From Octopus sinensis (lineage: Eukaryota), in contig NC_043010.1 in the NCBI RefSeq assembly GCF_006345805.1, positions 46,934,001-46,998,000 on the forward strand: DNA of 64,000 nt, read 5' to 3'. The notes below the pieces were generated by a model. The model was not told where the DNA came from and ran no database searches. It worked only from the letters and a program-made list of their open reading frames with translations. Made by a program: the position numbers and the translations under genes. This document shows, one piece after another, positions 44,001 through 59,000 of this stretch. The number at the start of each line of letters is the position of its first letter. The stretch's first letter is position 1.

Positions 44001-47000
44001 AGAATTATAGATTCCTCATAGTTTATTTAAAGTGGGCTGGCAACCTAACATAGAATTTAGCCACAGAGAGTAAATTAATAAATATTTTGTGTTGTTTCAA
44101 TCATAGGGAAAAATTCAAGAATCTTACAATTGTGTTGTAGAATGAATTCATAGGAATTGTTTAAGATTTGTAGTTAGACACGAAATTTGTGATAGTAGTA
44201 TTTAGGAAGCTATCTATAATTTTAATTACTGATTTGGATAATACAAATGTACTATAGCATATATCTTACTTAGTAGTACAAGTTGAGTTTTTTCTCAGCC
44301 ATCACAGCAGCTGGTACTCAAATACACTAACCAAATATAAATATGTTTTTGTTTTTTCTAATATCTCCATGGGCTTGAAACTGAGATTGACCTGACCAGT
44401 TTCAATCCTAGTGGGGATTCTCTTCAAAGAGACAAAGCAAAGTGTGAGGTACCCAAAGAGAATACCAATTAAGATTAAAACCAGTCAGGTCTACCTTTCA
44501 TTTTACTGTCTGCAGAGAGATAACAAAAAAATTATTTATTTATATTTACTCAGAATACTTGAGTACGCATTGCAGTCATGTTTAAAAAACCTTATATTGC
44601 TAGTATACTCTTTACTACATTTCCATTGTAAAATATTTTGGTTTTCTTTGTAGATCAAAGTGTAGCTGTATGAACATGTATGTAGCACACCCCTTTATGA
44701 TACAAAATATGCTTCAAATGCGTTCTATCCTGTTGTAATGTCAGTTATAATAGTGTTCAGGTCGGGTGTGGGGGCATGTGCCATTGCAGCGCATTGCTGC
44801 ATCAACCATTTGTTGGTACTTGTGTGGGTTGTCCTGTGCAACCCTCTGAGCAGTGTCCCAGTCAGTCCCCAGCTCTGTGACATACTTCCCCATTCGCTGT
44901 GAGCATGAGGCATGTGGCCAACCAACACAAGCCATCACCCCAGGCAGATCCTCAGAAAAGAGAACATGGTACACAGGATCTAACTCAGAAAATTGAGCAG
45001 TCTGATCAAACAATTTGAGCTGACTCTCCCGAATCATACAAGTAAGATTCAGATGATGGTATCAATAGTAATTAACCATCAACATTCTAGATGAATTGTC
45101 AACCTCTAGACCTATGTGTTATATACAATCAAGTATAATTTTTTTTTTTTATATTTTATTCTAAAATATTCCCCTCACATCCAGAAGTAAAAATGCAATA
45201 TTTACCTAGTACCAATTCCTTGACCATTACGACCAATGAGAGCAAACAAGGATTGAAACCCTTCATAAGTGAACCACTGGAAAATTGAAAATAATTGCTT
45301 TTTTAGTCAATTTGCTTCCTTCCAATAAAAATACACACACACACATAAAGAATTTGTAATATCAATTGCTACCAAAGGCACATTTAAGCGAGGAATACAG
45401 TTGAATAATTCAACCACAATGTTTGACTGGTACTTTTTCTATCAACCATTAATATAAGTTGGCTTGTCTAGGATTCAAACCAAAACTATTTGCACCCTAA
45501 TTAAGGAGCATACTCCTCAACAATTGTCTATGCAATAAAATATGTTAAATTAAATCAACCAAAAAAGAAAAAAAGTATAATAAATTTCAAAAATGTAATT
45601 ATTTAAAGTTTTAATTCTGAAATGAGAAAAATATAAAACTTTAATATTATCATTGTTTTCTTAAGAAAACAATGATAATATTTTTCAAATAATTCATCAT
45701 ACAATTTTTAAAGCTAACAATTATAAATACAATAAATATTTAATAATAATCTAACATTATAAAGGCAAAAATTACTACATGGATATAATATTGAATTACC
45801 AACATATAATCCCTAAGTTTCCAATCAAAAGAAGAGCAGTGTTTGAAATTCCTCAGCTTAGCTAGCTGTTGGAAATCCTGGGGAAATTACAACAAACAGG
45901 TACCCTATTCAGATGTTTTTTTTTTTTTTGTTTAACTGTACAATACAAAGTATTAGCCTGTGCAAGGTACCAGTTAATAAGTTTGGCAGCTGTGAGAATT
46001 TGAAGTTCCTGTTTGCAAATTAGTGCAGATTATAAGAGGCTCTGATTCCAGACCACCCGTATAGAGTATGTCGGTGTTGTATCTGTGCTGCCTTTAGTAA
46101 ATAGGAAAACAGTTAACTGAATAACTAACATGCAACAAACATTAATAATAGAATCCTAGTACTACATACCTGTGGGATGTGCTCATCATACAAACTTAAC
46201 ATAACCATTGACCTGAATGTTTCTAGCTGCTCCTGCATAAGAGAAAACATGTGAGTGGTAGATGTGTAGTCAACAAATGTTGTCCACAAAATTTGGACTT
46301 AAGATGTAACAGGAGAGTTAACTAAATACATTTTTTTTTTTTTATTATCAGAAAGTCCCAAATGAGGTGAGAAGCTACTTAGTGTAAGAGTCTATGAAGA
46401 AGGAAAAATGAATTTATTTCAGACTTGAAAAAGTTCAGGTCAAAAGAAAGAAAGCAAATAGATGGAAGAGCGTTCAAAAGCCTAGTAGTTCGAGGGGGAA
46501 AAGCTATGACTTCCTTATTCATAGACTTCCTTATTCATAGAAGCACAACAGTATTTGGATGAAGACACTGAGTTTCGAGTCAGGTGAGATGGCACAAAGT
46601 GATCTAGAACTAAGAGAGAAAGTTCATCAGAGCATTTCCAGTGGCAATAACAATAGAAAAGACCAGGACTGCTGACGTCATTGATGTGATAAGGGCTGCA
46701 GAGTTAAGCAAGAGAGGGACCAATATAGTTAGAGACTCGTTTCTGAACCCAGTCGAGAAGATCCAAATGACAAGATGGTGCACCTGTCCAAATATGACAA
46801 CAGTATTCCAGACAAGGATGAATTATGGACTTGTAAAGTTACAAAATGGCCTCAGATTTGAGGTAGTCCTTTGACCTATACAATGACCCAACCTCATGGG
46901 AAACAGGCCTATGAATTGACAATATGTAAGAACCCTAAGAAAGATCAGGTGAGAAAGTACCTAATAAAAATGTTTACATAAAGAAAGATCAGAGCAATAT

Positions 47001-50000
47001 GTTTATAAGTAAGAAAGATATCTGGAAAGGGGAGAGTCACAGGATTTTAGGGTTCTCACATGGAAACAAAGAAATAGTAAAGACTTCAGATAGAGAGTCA
47101 AACATTTTACAGTTTTCTTTCCACAGTAGTTCTACAATAATCTAGGACATCTCTTTGAACCCTTTTATATAAAGCATGACAAACTTCCTTACACACTGAA
47201 CTAGAAAGTTAGGTACAGTATTGAAGGATTCACCATTTGCTCTTGAGAACACTGTATTTAGATTAGCTTTAGGGATTTAGAGAAGAATATAGGACCTGAA
47301 CTCTGCATTACACACTAAACATTTGTTGGTCAAATAGTGGTTCTATAACAATGATTTCAGTGAAGAATTTAGTGTGAGGGTAGGTGTTCATCAAGGTTCA
47401 ATCCCCTGTCCACTCCTGCTCATCATAGTCTTACAGGCCATCACAGAGGAGTTTAAGACTTGATATATATGTATACGTATATTAAGTTTAAAAAAGTAAA
47501 AATTAAGATAAATAATAAAGGAAATATAGAAATTGTTTATTTACTTTGAACTGTGGGCCCAGCAACTTGTGCATAATCTGTTCTTCTTCATTCACAGTTG
47601 AGTTAGTAAACTGAGAAAATGCTTTCAATACTGCTTCAGGGTCATTAGACTGTATGAAATTTTAGTTAAAAAGAAAATAATATAATTATAAAATAATAAT
47701 TACTTACAATAAAATTACAATAATTGCAGTTATACCTCAACTTATGGTAATTAGTTCCAAGACATGAAATCCTAACTAAAAAAATGACATAACACAAGAA
47801 TTTTTAAAACTTTATCAGCTTATATGTTTTAATAAATGGTTTGTACATATTTTCACATGTATTTTATTTAATTTTCTATTTCACTATTAGTTTTTAGGAT
47901 CTTTTTTTAAAATTTACACTTTTATATAAGGTTGCCGAGACTGATGTAAAAGTCAGATAACTTGATTGAAGTTGAGGGGTATATTTTTTTTTATTAATTT
48001 CTTTAAAAAAAAACCCAAAAATAATGTGAAGTCAAAAGAGACTTAACTTGAAATTATCTAAGTTGAGGTAAGCCTGTATTTATAATAATATAATTATAAA
48101 ATAATGATAATTACTCCTTTTATTGACCATAAGGGTCCAAGATGTTGGAGACGTACAAAGAGGAAATCCAAATGAAAACAGAAAACAAGAAACAATAGCA
48201 GAATTACACATAAACAAGTGAGATCAAACAAATAATAAACACATCAATAAATAAATAATACAGAACAAAATAAGAACAAATAATGATCTTCATGAAGGAA
48301 GGGTGAGGCAACCCTCATGCAACCCAGGATTACACTAACACATCAAAAGGTAATTTCTCCGTTCTTGCCACCAGCCTATTGCTGAGCAGTATCCAATGCT
48401 GCCACTTTCACCCATTTTTGATAAAATTTACAAGAGACCAACACCTCCCCTCACCTTCATTTTTAAATGATACTTGAAGAAGTAGATGGGGGGGGTGATT
48501 TGAGGACAGCATTTTCCGAGATAATATACTATCTTCCAACTTTTCAACTGCATCCACAAGACAGTGGAAGCCTACCCATTGCTATCCTTGCCAAAAAAAG
48601 AGATGGTGAAATGGTCTTTCTACAAGACTTGATTGATAGCCAGTGTCATTCCCATACACGGTAACAACTGTTCAACATAAACCCCACAAATCAACAATGC
48701 ATGAACACTGAACATGTGACATAGTTTCATTACTTTCCACACATCTCAGACAAGTGTGGTTCATTGCAGCTCCAACATGGTTATGCCTGTAGAATATATC
48801 CCAAACAAGCAAGGCCCTAGTAGCACAGTTAGATGAAAGATGTTAAAGTCCTCCAGAAAAGAATACTTCCTAGTCAATAACCAGAATCATTCTCAAGCTA
48901 CAGTCACTCATACTCTAGACTTACCCTCTTTAAAATGTGAGAAATGATTCTTTAGCAGTCCAGCTAGTAGAAAGCAGTCACAAACATTCCAAATGCTAAA
49001 TGCTCAACTTTGGTATGTGCTTGAACCTATGACTGACACTTTATCAAAAGAGATGAGTTGTGTAAAGACAAGCTGCATGAATGGCAACCACACTTGTTTA
49101 GCGGAACTTTCAATTGAAGTAGCAACCTGAGTGCTTCTTCCCAAGTTTTTGTTCACTTGGGAGGTCAAGTCCAAACCAAACCTCAGACACTTTAATTGGA
49201 GCCCTTGAACTTGTCTCAGTAGGACTTACCTCTCCAGTTGCTAAGGGTGAAACCCACCAATTTTCCTAGCTAAAGTATACTCTAATTACCTAATGATGCT
49301 CTTCCAGAATGGTGCCAACCACCTTGATTTCCCTTGTGTTTGACACCATGATGATGACATCCACATACACAGACATGACTCTCCTGTGTCCCAGTTCAAG
49401 TGGGATGCTTCTCAACATCTCCAACCTTAGACCAGTACTCAAATGACTACCATCCGTGACTTTCATATAGTGTGTGTGTGTGTGTAGTGTCTTACTTTTT
49501 AGTTAGATACACAGGAAATAGAAAACTGTACCTTATCAAAGACCTTAATGGTACTGACAGAATTTAGGTTCTGTAGCACAAAATATACACAGAACTTCAT
49601 AATTGTAGACAAGTAAGAAATGACATTCTTATGACATTGTAGTGAGTATATCTTTCCCACAAGCATTATTAGAATGATAGTAGTGTCCTTTGTTAGTTCA
49701 GTGTTATATAATACAAATAAAAGAAATTAAAATGCCAAGAAGAGTTGTTGTCACATCAAGAATAAAGCTTCAGAGATATAAAGAAATAAGGCATTATGAT
49801 GTTTAACCCATTCTTAACGATATCATGATAAATAAGGGAGGCCATTCAAACATGGTATTAAAACTAAAGCATAGAATTTGTTTTTTAAATCACTAAGAAC
49901 TTACCAACACTGCACAATGTAATAATTATAACAATAGAGATACTTGCCTGTTTTACCATGCAGATCATTTTTGCCAACAGCATTATACTGCAGGATTCAG

Positions 50001-53000
50001 GGGGGAAGTGAATGTTCCTAAAATAATGAGAAAGTCTTTAGTTTCACATAACATGAAATAAAAAGGGCAGTTGGCTGTGAACAGAGCTTTGAGAAAACAG
50101 TTTCAACACAATTGGCTACATACAGACCTCCATGCTACTTGTAACATTCCCAAGGGATGGGACTCATCCTCCCTGGAAGATCCCATACAGAGTGTGCAAT
50201 GGTATTTTTTCCAGGCAGTCTCCATGCATTCCTTGCTGCAGTAAACAACCTGTGTGATAGCCAAAAACACACACACACCTGAACAAGTGGCATGTAGCAT
50301 AAGCAACTTCAATTTTAAATCAAACAAGCTTACATGAAACCAAATTAATTCACAAATCAATTAATAACAGGCAATCAGTACATATGAATAATGTAATCAC
50401 AGTAATTTGGTCAATTTTATAAAAATGTGTGAGAAGTTTGAACAAGCATTTACCAAAATCTTCACTAAAATTCATATCTAATATTTTCATTCTTAAATGG
50501 GTTTATGAGTACCTTGTTATCCTTACTTCAATAATATAGATTATCTTATATAATGGTGTGTAAACCAAGTAAAAACCAAGACATAAACAAAATCATTATG
50601 CAAACCACAGTGTAGGGTTCATAAAACAAGAATTGTCTTGAAAACTAAAGTTCTCCTATATAAGATGCTAAGAAATTTTTCCACATAGGTATGGTGCCTT
50701 AATTCTCCAATGTGTTAACTTGAAGAATGAAGAATTTAAATAGCTTCTCCACAGAAAGACAAATGACCAGCATTAAATATGATCTTTTCTCCCTACAAAT
50801 TTGTAATCCAAGTCCTACGCAGTCTACCATTTCGCCCCTACTTAACCTTTTAGCATTCAGATTATTCTACCAAGTGTAATACTTATTTATTCACATTGTT
50901 TTGAATTTATCCTGCATTATCTTGTAGCTTTGATATTTCGATTACGTGACTATTTTTAGACTAACATAGTTGGGTAGGTGTGAGAGGTTGGATCTGGCCA
51001 GTTTGAACATAAAACAAGAAGAACATTTTGGCTGGCTATGGCCTGTTTAAATGCTAAAGGGTTAAGGCTAGAAAATTTCACTAATTCTAACAATGATGAG
51101 AAAGGAAAATGAGTAATGACAAAGAAGTACATCCGTTAAAAACCAAACTATCTACTAATGATGACGTTATACATCAAACATACAACAATCAACAAATGAA
51201 GGGGTACACACAGGAGTAAAATGTCTGATGGAACAATACTAAGGAATTTAACTGTGAAGGGTCTAAGGATAAAATTGCACTTGATTTTTAATCTCTTTGT
51301 AAACAACCAGATTGAAACTGTATTTAGTCTTACGTTTGAAAAAAAAAGGGTCATTTCGAAGTGTTTTTATTTGAATCAAAACTTTCCAACATGATCTTAA
51401 ACTTTTGTTAAGTTGTCCAGCTGAATAATAAAGTTACTTTCTCATTTTACTAAATCCCTGCAAAATTCTTAGCTCCTTTTAAAATTAACTGAAAAATGTG
51501 AATTTCTGCAGAAATGTGGTCGCAAAAGAGTTAAAGTAAATAAGTATACGGAATAAGCCAATAGTTCTCAAAGTTTAAATGTTTGTAACAGTAATACATT
51601 GTCCTTCATATTGTTTCCTTTCCCTACTGTTACAGCAAGTCCCTTACAAAGACAACCCAATTCTCAACAGCCCTGTACTATGGGTTGGTGTTGCTACTGT
51701 TTAACCCCAAGATCAATCAAATGTAAAAGTATTACAAAGGTGATCATCTTGCCTTTTTCTATGCCCTGTCAGTAGGGTGTGCTTTGAAAGATACCTGACT
51801 GTTATTTCCAGCAGACTGAATGACAATATAAAGTCTATCCTATGATTCATCATCATCATCATTTAGCATCTGCTTTCCATGCTGGCATGAGTTAGATGGT
51901 TTGATTGAAACTGGTAAGCTGGAGAGCTGCATCAGGTTCCAATCTGGTTTGGCATGATTTCTACAGCTGGATACTGTTCTTAACACCAACCACTCCAAGA
52001 GTGTAGTGGGTGTTTGTTTTTTTTTTTTTAAGTGTCAGTTACATGACACCAGGACTATAAAAATGAAATGGCTTTGTGAGTATAGTATTGGACTATGAGG
52101 TCAAAGGTACTGAGTTCAAGTCTACTGGAAGCATAACGTTTGTGTATGTGAACAATATACTTAGTTCAGAGCATGTCAATTTACCTAGCTGTTGAGAATA
52201 GGTAACCAAAATCATCTTGGAATGTTACCTATCCAACTATTGAGCAGAACTTTTGATACTTTGTATAAAAGTATTATAAATTCCAAAGTGATGCATGGCA
52301 TTCAAACTTTAATGCAGTTAACCAAGCACATATTTGTAAACTAAAGTAAGTGGCAATATTATGTCAGTGCAATGTGACATGTAAAAGGCATCTATACCAG
52401 TGACACATAAATGGCAGCCATGCTGGTGGCATGCAAAAGACACCTAGTACATTCTCTAAAGCGACTGGCGTTAGCATCGAGCTACAGAAACCAAATCAAA
52501 ACAGGTGACTGGACCTTGGTGCAGCTCCCCAGCTTACCAGTCCCAGTCAAACCGTCTAACCCATGCCAGCATGGAAAACAGACATTAAATGAAGATGATG
52601 GTATGGAAAAATGTCATCAGATGATAAATTACTATGTGAACCTTTCTTTGAAAGAGAAAAGGCATGAACTCCCTACAGTGTAAATCAGTGTTTCTCAACC
52701 ATTTTTTTTTACCTATGAACCCTTTTGACTCTACTGGACCACTATAGCTATTTGCTGTTTAAAAAAATTCTATTGTATTTTTATAATCAAATATTATTAG
52801 AAATTGTATTTAAAAATTTGTTAAAATATTTCGTGCATTGTAGAAGTATAACCAATTCATTTTTTTATATGGACCCTGCCCCAACCGAGGGTCATATGGA
52901 TTCTGGTTGAGAATGACTGGTGTAAATGTAGGACATTTACATCATAAAACAAAAATGTTATGGTCCAATGGGTTGTGTAAGTTATCTAGAGATGGGAGAG

Positions 53001-56000
53001 GAGCAGTGTCAATGACCTTGGCAGAACTTCTTATGCTGCTGAGATAAATACGCAGTCTGAACTCTTGTAGGTCAATATCCACAGGAAAAACGTCACGCGT
53101 ATGTTTGATGTACACACAAACACATGTTAAATCTAGTAACATATATGCCTAAGGCAACAGTTCTTAGCTGTAGGCAAAAATTAATTAACAACAAGATTAA
53201 TATAATAAGTAATCATTACATTAAAGAGAAAATATTATGTGAGATTTTACAGATTTTTATCGCAATTAACCTTACAAAGGACTAGACAGATTTTCCCGTT
53301 ATTAACTTCAAAATAAAATACATTATCATTTAGCATCCGTTTTCCATGCTAGCATGGGTTGGACGGTTCAACTGGGGTCTGTGAAGCTGGAAGGCTTCAT
53401 CAGGCCCAGTCAGATCTGGCAGTGTTTCTACGGCTGGATGCCCTTCCTAACGCCAACCACTCCGTGAGTGTAGTGGGTGCTTTTTACATGCCACCCGCAC
53501 AGGTGCCAGACAGAGCTGGCAAACGGCCACGAACAGATGGTGCTTTTACGTGTCACCGGCACAGGGGCCAGGCGAGGCCACGAACGGATGGTGCTTTTAC
53601 GTGTCACCGGCACGGGGGCCAGGCGAGGCTGGCAACGGACATACATGATATAAAAAATATAAAGGAGTAAATGTAAGACGTTATATAAATTTAATGATAT
53701 GGTTAGAAGTTTATTTTGAATCCTATGGAATGGTGTTGTGATCCTCTTAGAACAATATGGTATATTGTCTCCTGTGTGAATATGCATAATTCCTATCATT
53801 AAAACATTGTCATTCTGCTTTTGTTCCTATAAATCTAATTACTTTCATGATTTTAGTGCCTCACTTGGTTTTGATAGACAACTTAGCTCATCTAATTAAC
53901 CTAATTTTCTACCGAGGAACTGATAAATCTAAACACTTGTTAGCATTATTTTTCCTCATTCCAATTAATAAAAGGAAAGAGGCCTCTACATAGTCACTCA
54001 ACCTGCTAAAAATTGCAACCAAATCTCTCACCATTGTCTTTAAAAATTAAGGTGCGTGGCTTAGTGGTTAGGGCATTCGGCTCACAATCATGAGGTCATG
54101 AGTTCAATTCCTGGTGACGCATTGTGTCCTTGAGCAAGATGCTTTATTTCACTTTACTCCCATCCACTCAACTGGCAAAAATGAGTAGTACCTATATTTC
54201 AAAAGGGCCAGCCTTGTCACATTCTGTGTCACACTGAAGTTCACAGTGAACTATGTTAAGGGTATGCGTGTCTGTGGAGTGCTCAGCCACTTGCACATTA
54301 ATTTCACAAGCAAGCTGTTCCGTTGATCGGATCAACTGGAACCCTTGTTGTTGTAACTGACAGTGTGCCAGTTATACTGAATAATGTACTCCTGTACATA
54401 CACTCTGAAATCAAGATGAGTTAGTCACAACTGGAACAATTTCGATCACAGGCCCGATCAGCCCTAGGGCTAACCTGAGCAAAACAACAAGATGTGGTTT
54501 CTTTGTTGTGTAGAAGTCTCATCTAAAAAGTTTATACTGAGGTATTCCTAAGGAATACCTCAGTACAAAATGAATTTCTATCCCAAAACACATATGGCTA
54601 TCTCCATAAGCTGCAGAGAATGCAATCCACATAGGAGAGCAGCAGACAGAATTAAAATTATACGAATGGGAGAGGGCTCTCAATCTTTTGCAAGATAAAT
54701 TCTCTAGTGTTGGTGGCACAATCACTTTCTCACTGATTATTATTACAAAAGTGCAACAATTCAGAAAATAACTTTCCAATTAATCATGAAGCACACCATA
54801 TCAATTTGTAATACCAACTGCATTAACAGATGTGATACCTGTCATGTTATTACTAAATGTAGTTTACAATAATGTCAGGTGTGAGTACTTCTTGACTGAT
54901 ATCAAGAAATCTTGATGCCACCAGCATCAAATCTGTTCTTTTCAGACCCCATTCCATCAATATTAGCATAATGCTTAACACGATAAGGTTGAGATTTTAG
55001 AACATAAACAAATGGTTGTACGTCATGTTCAAGTAATGAGGGAAAGTAGTGCTTCAGTCTTGCACATCAAAGGCAAGGAACATAAATTCAAAATTTTGAG
55101 TGTGTAGCAACTCTAGCATAGATAATGTATTAAGTAATTAACAGCAACATTCCAATAATAGCTGACAATTTTAATGACCACACTGTAAAATGACTGTATG
55201 AACAGTGGTAAACATAGAAGCTACAGTTAACCCTTTTAATACAAACAGCCCAAGACTGCCCATGGATCAATGATGCAAACTTATTAATATAAAGTGAACA
55301 AAATTAAAACCTTCCATAAAAATTTGGTATTAATCTATGTTCTAAACTCCAGTTTAATAATAACAAAGTTATTTTACTAAATTCATCATTATTACCAAAA
55401 TTAATTAAAACACAAACAGTGTATATTAATAGTAATTCAGTAATGAAAGGATTAATGTACAAGAAATGAAGAGATGCCAATGTTCTTGCAGCTCTGAATT
55501 AACCATTTACTGCACAAACATCAGATACCCAACTTATCAACTGATCGCTAAAAGCAGGTTTGAGATCCAGGCTGATTTTGTACTGACCAGTAAGTCAGTC
55601 TGGATGATGAGGTAAACACTAAATTTTCCTCTAATCAGAAATGTATGTCTCAGTATAAATTAGTGTTTAGCAAGTTTAAACTGGAGACAAGACACATTTT
55701 GAAGCAACGGACAAGTCAAAAAAGGAAGGTAATACAGTTCTCGAAGACCTTCCTGTTAGCTAACATTTCCAAAAAAAAATGATTGGGGATATAAACTAGA
55801 GAATTATAACAAAGGATGATTTGATATCCCTGAAGAGTAATCAAATGTATGCTACAGACTACTTCTATGAAATAGAGCAAGGTCCCCAGCTAGGCAGCAG
55901 GCAACATAGTGAAATAATAATGGCTAGGGCTATAAGAGATCATTGAAAGGTCTGCAAGGAATAGATGAAAGGGAGTAGGAATGCATGATATCAAGATATT

Positions 56001-59000
56001 ATACAAGGTGCCAAGTCTTTCAAGCCAGGAAGAAACCTGAGGACAGGAGATTCACTTATGTTCTAATAGGAAGGATTAAATGTTTTCTAGTTACTAGGTT
56101 AACCATCAGCAAAATGCTATCTCCAATAACAAGGGTCTTATCTTTGTCAACTACTACAAAGGGAAGAGAAAAACTAGAACAGGGCAATTACAGAAGCCTC
56201 AAATTAATGGATCAAACCTAGTAAATAGCTGAGAAAGTTTTAACAAAGCTTGGAAAAAAGTGGCTAAATTCTATTAGATACCATGTTTGCTTGTATATAC
56301 TTAGTGAATAACAATTATATTTTGCATTTGACAATCAAAAGAAGGTGTTTAATTAAGCTACTTAGTCTTTTGTCTGCTGAGTACTAAGGAAACTAGGTAC
56401 AAGTAAATGACTTATGTGAGTGCACACATAAGTGGGGAAGTGGGGCATAATGGGTCTTTTGTCAGATTTTCATTAATTTCTACCAGCTTTAGGATGTACT
56501 GCAGATTTGGACTCTTTGTACTAGAGATATGTTCAGAGTATCTTCTTTGCCCATGTTATGTTGGATAAAGGAATTATCCTTGGAAACACTGAAATTCAAA
56601 AGTGGGGCATAATGAGTCACTTGTCAGTTTGTGGGGGTGGAGCATAATGGGTTACTTAAAATATAGCACATAAGCTTCTATAAATAGAAGAAAAGACAAA
56701 TTAAAGAAGTCAAATATGTGCCAGTATCTGAAAGTGTTTTGGCAGCGTTGTTTCAGGTAACTATTGATATTTACACAGGATAAAGGGGCAGAAGGTGATT
56801 GTATTGTTATCCCAAGAGGAAACGAGAAGAGTGTGCAGCAAAAAATGCACTAACAAAGCAACTAAAGTCTAAAAATGAGAAAATGGAAGGAGGGTCACTT
56901 GCTCCAAAATGGCAGAAAACAGCTAGTGCAAAGTGTGACAATAGTGATGATAACCATCACTAGTGCAGATGATTTGGAGGAAGAGGATGCTGAGAGCTCC
57001 ATCTGCAAAAGATTCTGGAACAGATACAAAGGCAGGAAGAATGAAGTTTGGCTGCTGTGTGACCTTTGTTATGATGTCTGCCCTAAGCAGATTCTACAGG
57101 GAACAGATGTTAACCAAGATTTCGTCTGCAAGAAGTAGACAGCTTTATCTGAACTGTGTGTGCCAAATGGAGGACTTTATTATGATCATTGTTCAGTAAA
57201 CATGGTTGTTATTTTAAAATTTTGATGAAGATTGAGGGACATTCGGATGTCTCTCATATGATTCTTTATTGATTGTTTCCAACATTCACCCACAATTTGC
57301 CATATTTTTTATCCAAATACTACTCTGCATTTCACTCTATATGCGGATAACCCATTATGCCCCACCAAATATTGAAATTTCTGGTTTTTACTGTAGTTTA
57401 AATATAACTATGTATTTATGATGAGTATTCAAAATTGCCTCATAATCCTTCAGAAGTGATTATCAGAATCATGATGCACTTTTTGAGATTATAAATCCAT
57501 ATTAACTGTTACATTTTGGTTTTTATTTGACATAGCTTTCAAAATTTTGGAAAAAATTTACCCATTATGCCCCACCCCACCCTACACCCTGTAGCAAGTT
57601 TACAGTCTGCAATGAATTTAGTGAAGAATTTAGCATTCAGACTACCTTTTTCTAATTTGAGTTAATGGAAGTTGCAACATGTTAAACCAATTCTTTTAGA
57701 ACTTATATAAATTAGAGAGTTAGAGAAAAATGTTCCAAACATAAGAGTTCAAATACTTAAATGGTTAATCATTAAGAGAGAAAACAATGACTAAGACATA
57801 TCTAGAAAGGGGCTTTGCCTGATATGGCAAAAATAAATAGGAACACAATGGCAAGAGTATCGATAATTGATAGACTTATAAGGAATCATAACTTCAGATG
57901 TAATATGTGTACATTAGAAGTTAGTAGTAGTAGGAGCACACCCATGCAATGAAAAATCACAAACCTCTCAGACACTCCTTAAACACAGTTCTTACCTAGG
58001 TAAATTAATGAGCGCAGAGGATAAATGTAACAAAATCACACTACTTTGGGTGAGTAAAGGGAGGAGAAAAGATTATGTAGTTATTGCTTCTGTTGGCAAC
58101 AAAGAATTCCTCTCTTCATGCAAAAGACACACTGCATTACAGGTAAAACATACGGTGCTGCACAACAGTGAGATATTGATATTGAGTATGGAATGATCAA
58201 CACAGACTGGAGAGAATTTGAGTTTGATAGTTTGATCTATTGGAGGTTTAACCCTTTAGCATTCAGATTATCCTGTCAAATGTAATGATTATCTATTCAC
58301 ATTGTTTGGAATTAATCATGCATTTATCTTAGAGCTTCAACATTTTGATGATGTGACTGTTTATTTTTTAGAATAAAATTGTAAGACAGGTGTGAGAAGC
58401 TAGATCTGGCCCGTTTGGATATAAAACATTTGAACCAGATATGGCTAGTTGAAACGCTAAAGGGTTAACATTAACCTGTACAAGTTAGCTGAGAGATTAG
58501 TTACACATCAAACGTATCAGCTGACGCTTGCAGTTGATTGATTGGTTAGTAGTTGCAAAAGTATCTAACTGTAAAAAGTCACTCCAACAACAAAAACCAT
58601 CCCGCTTACACAAACATGGAAAAATGGCTGTAAAATAATAATTAAAAATGTCTTGTACTTTTCTTTAGAGTTAACAGTATAAAAGACTTTGTCATACATC
58701 TATGAGTTGACACTCTACTTTACAATGACTAATGTGAAACCCATTTTATTCTATATTTCATATCCAAAGCAGAAATACTTCAATATTATTCAAAACAAAT
58801 CTTTCTTATTATGAGCATGTGCTGTTAAACAATGAAAATGTTTAGATAAATATTTATGCAACAGATAAGACCCTGATCATACATAAAGAGGCTAATTAAA
58901 CAGCTTAGAAAGAACTAAATCTAAAATAAGGTGGAGATAATTCCAAATTAATCACACTGTAATGATTAATTTCCAACTTAATACCCAGTGGTTAAAACTT

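Noticed and set aside
46641-46874. 77-aa plus-strand ORF
   Set aside because: It is the antisense shadow of a CR1-type RT relic on the minus strand.
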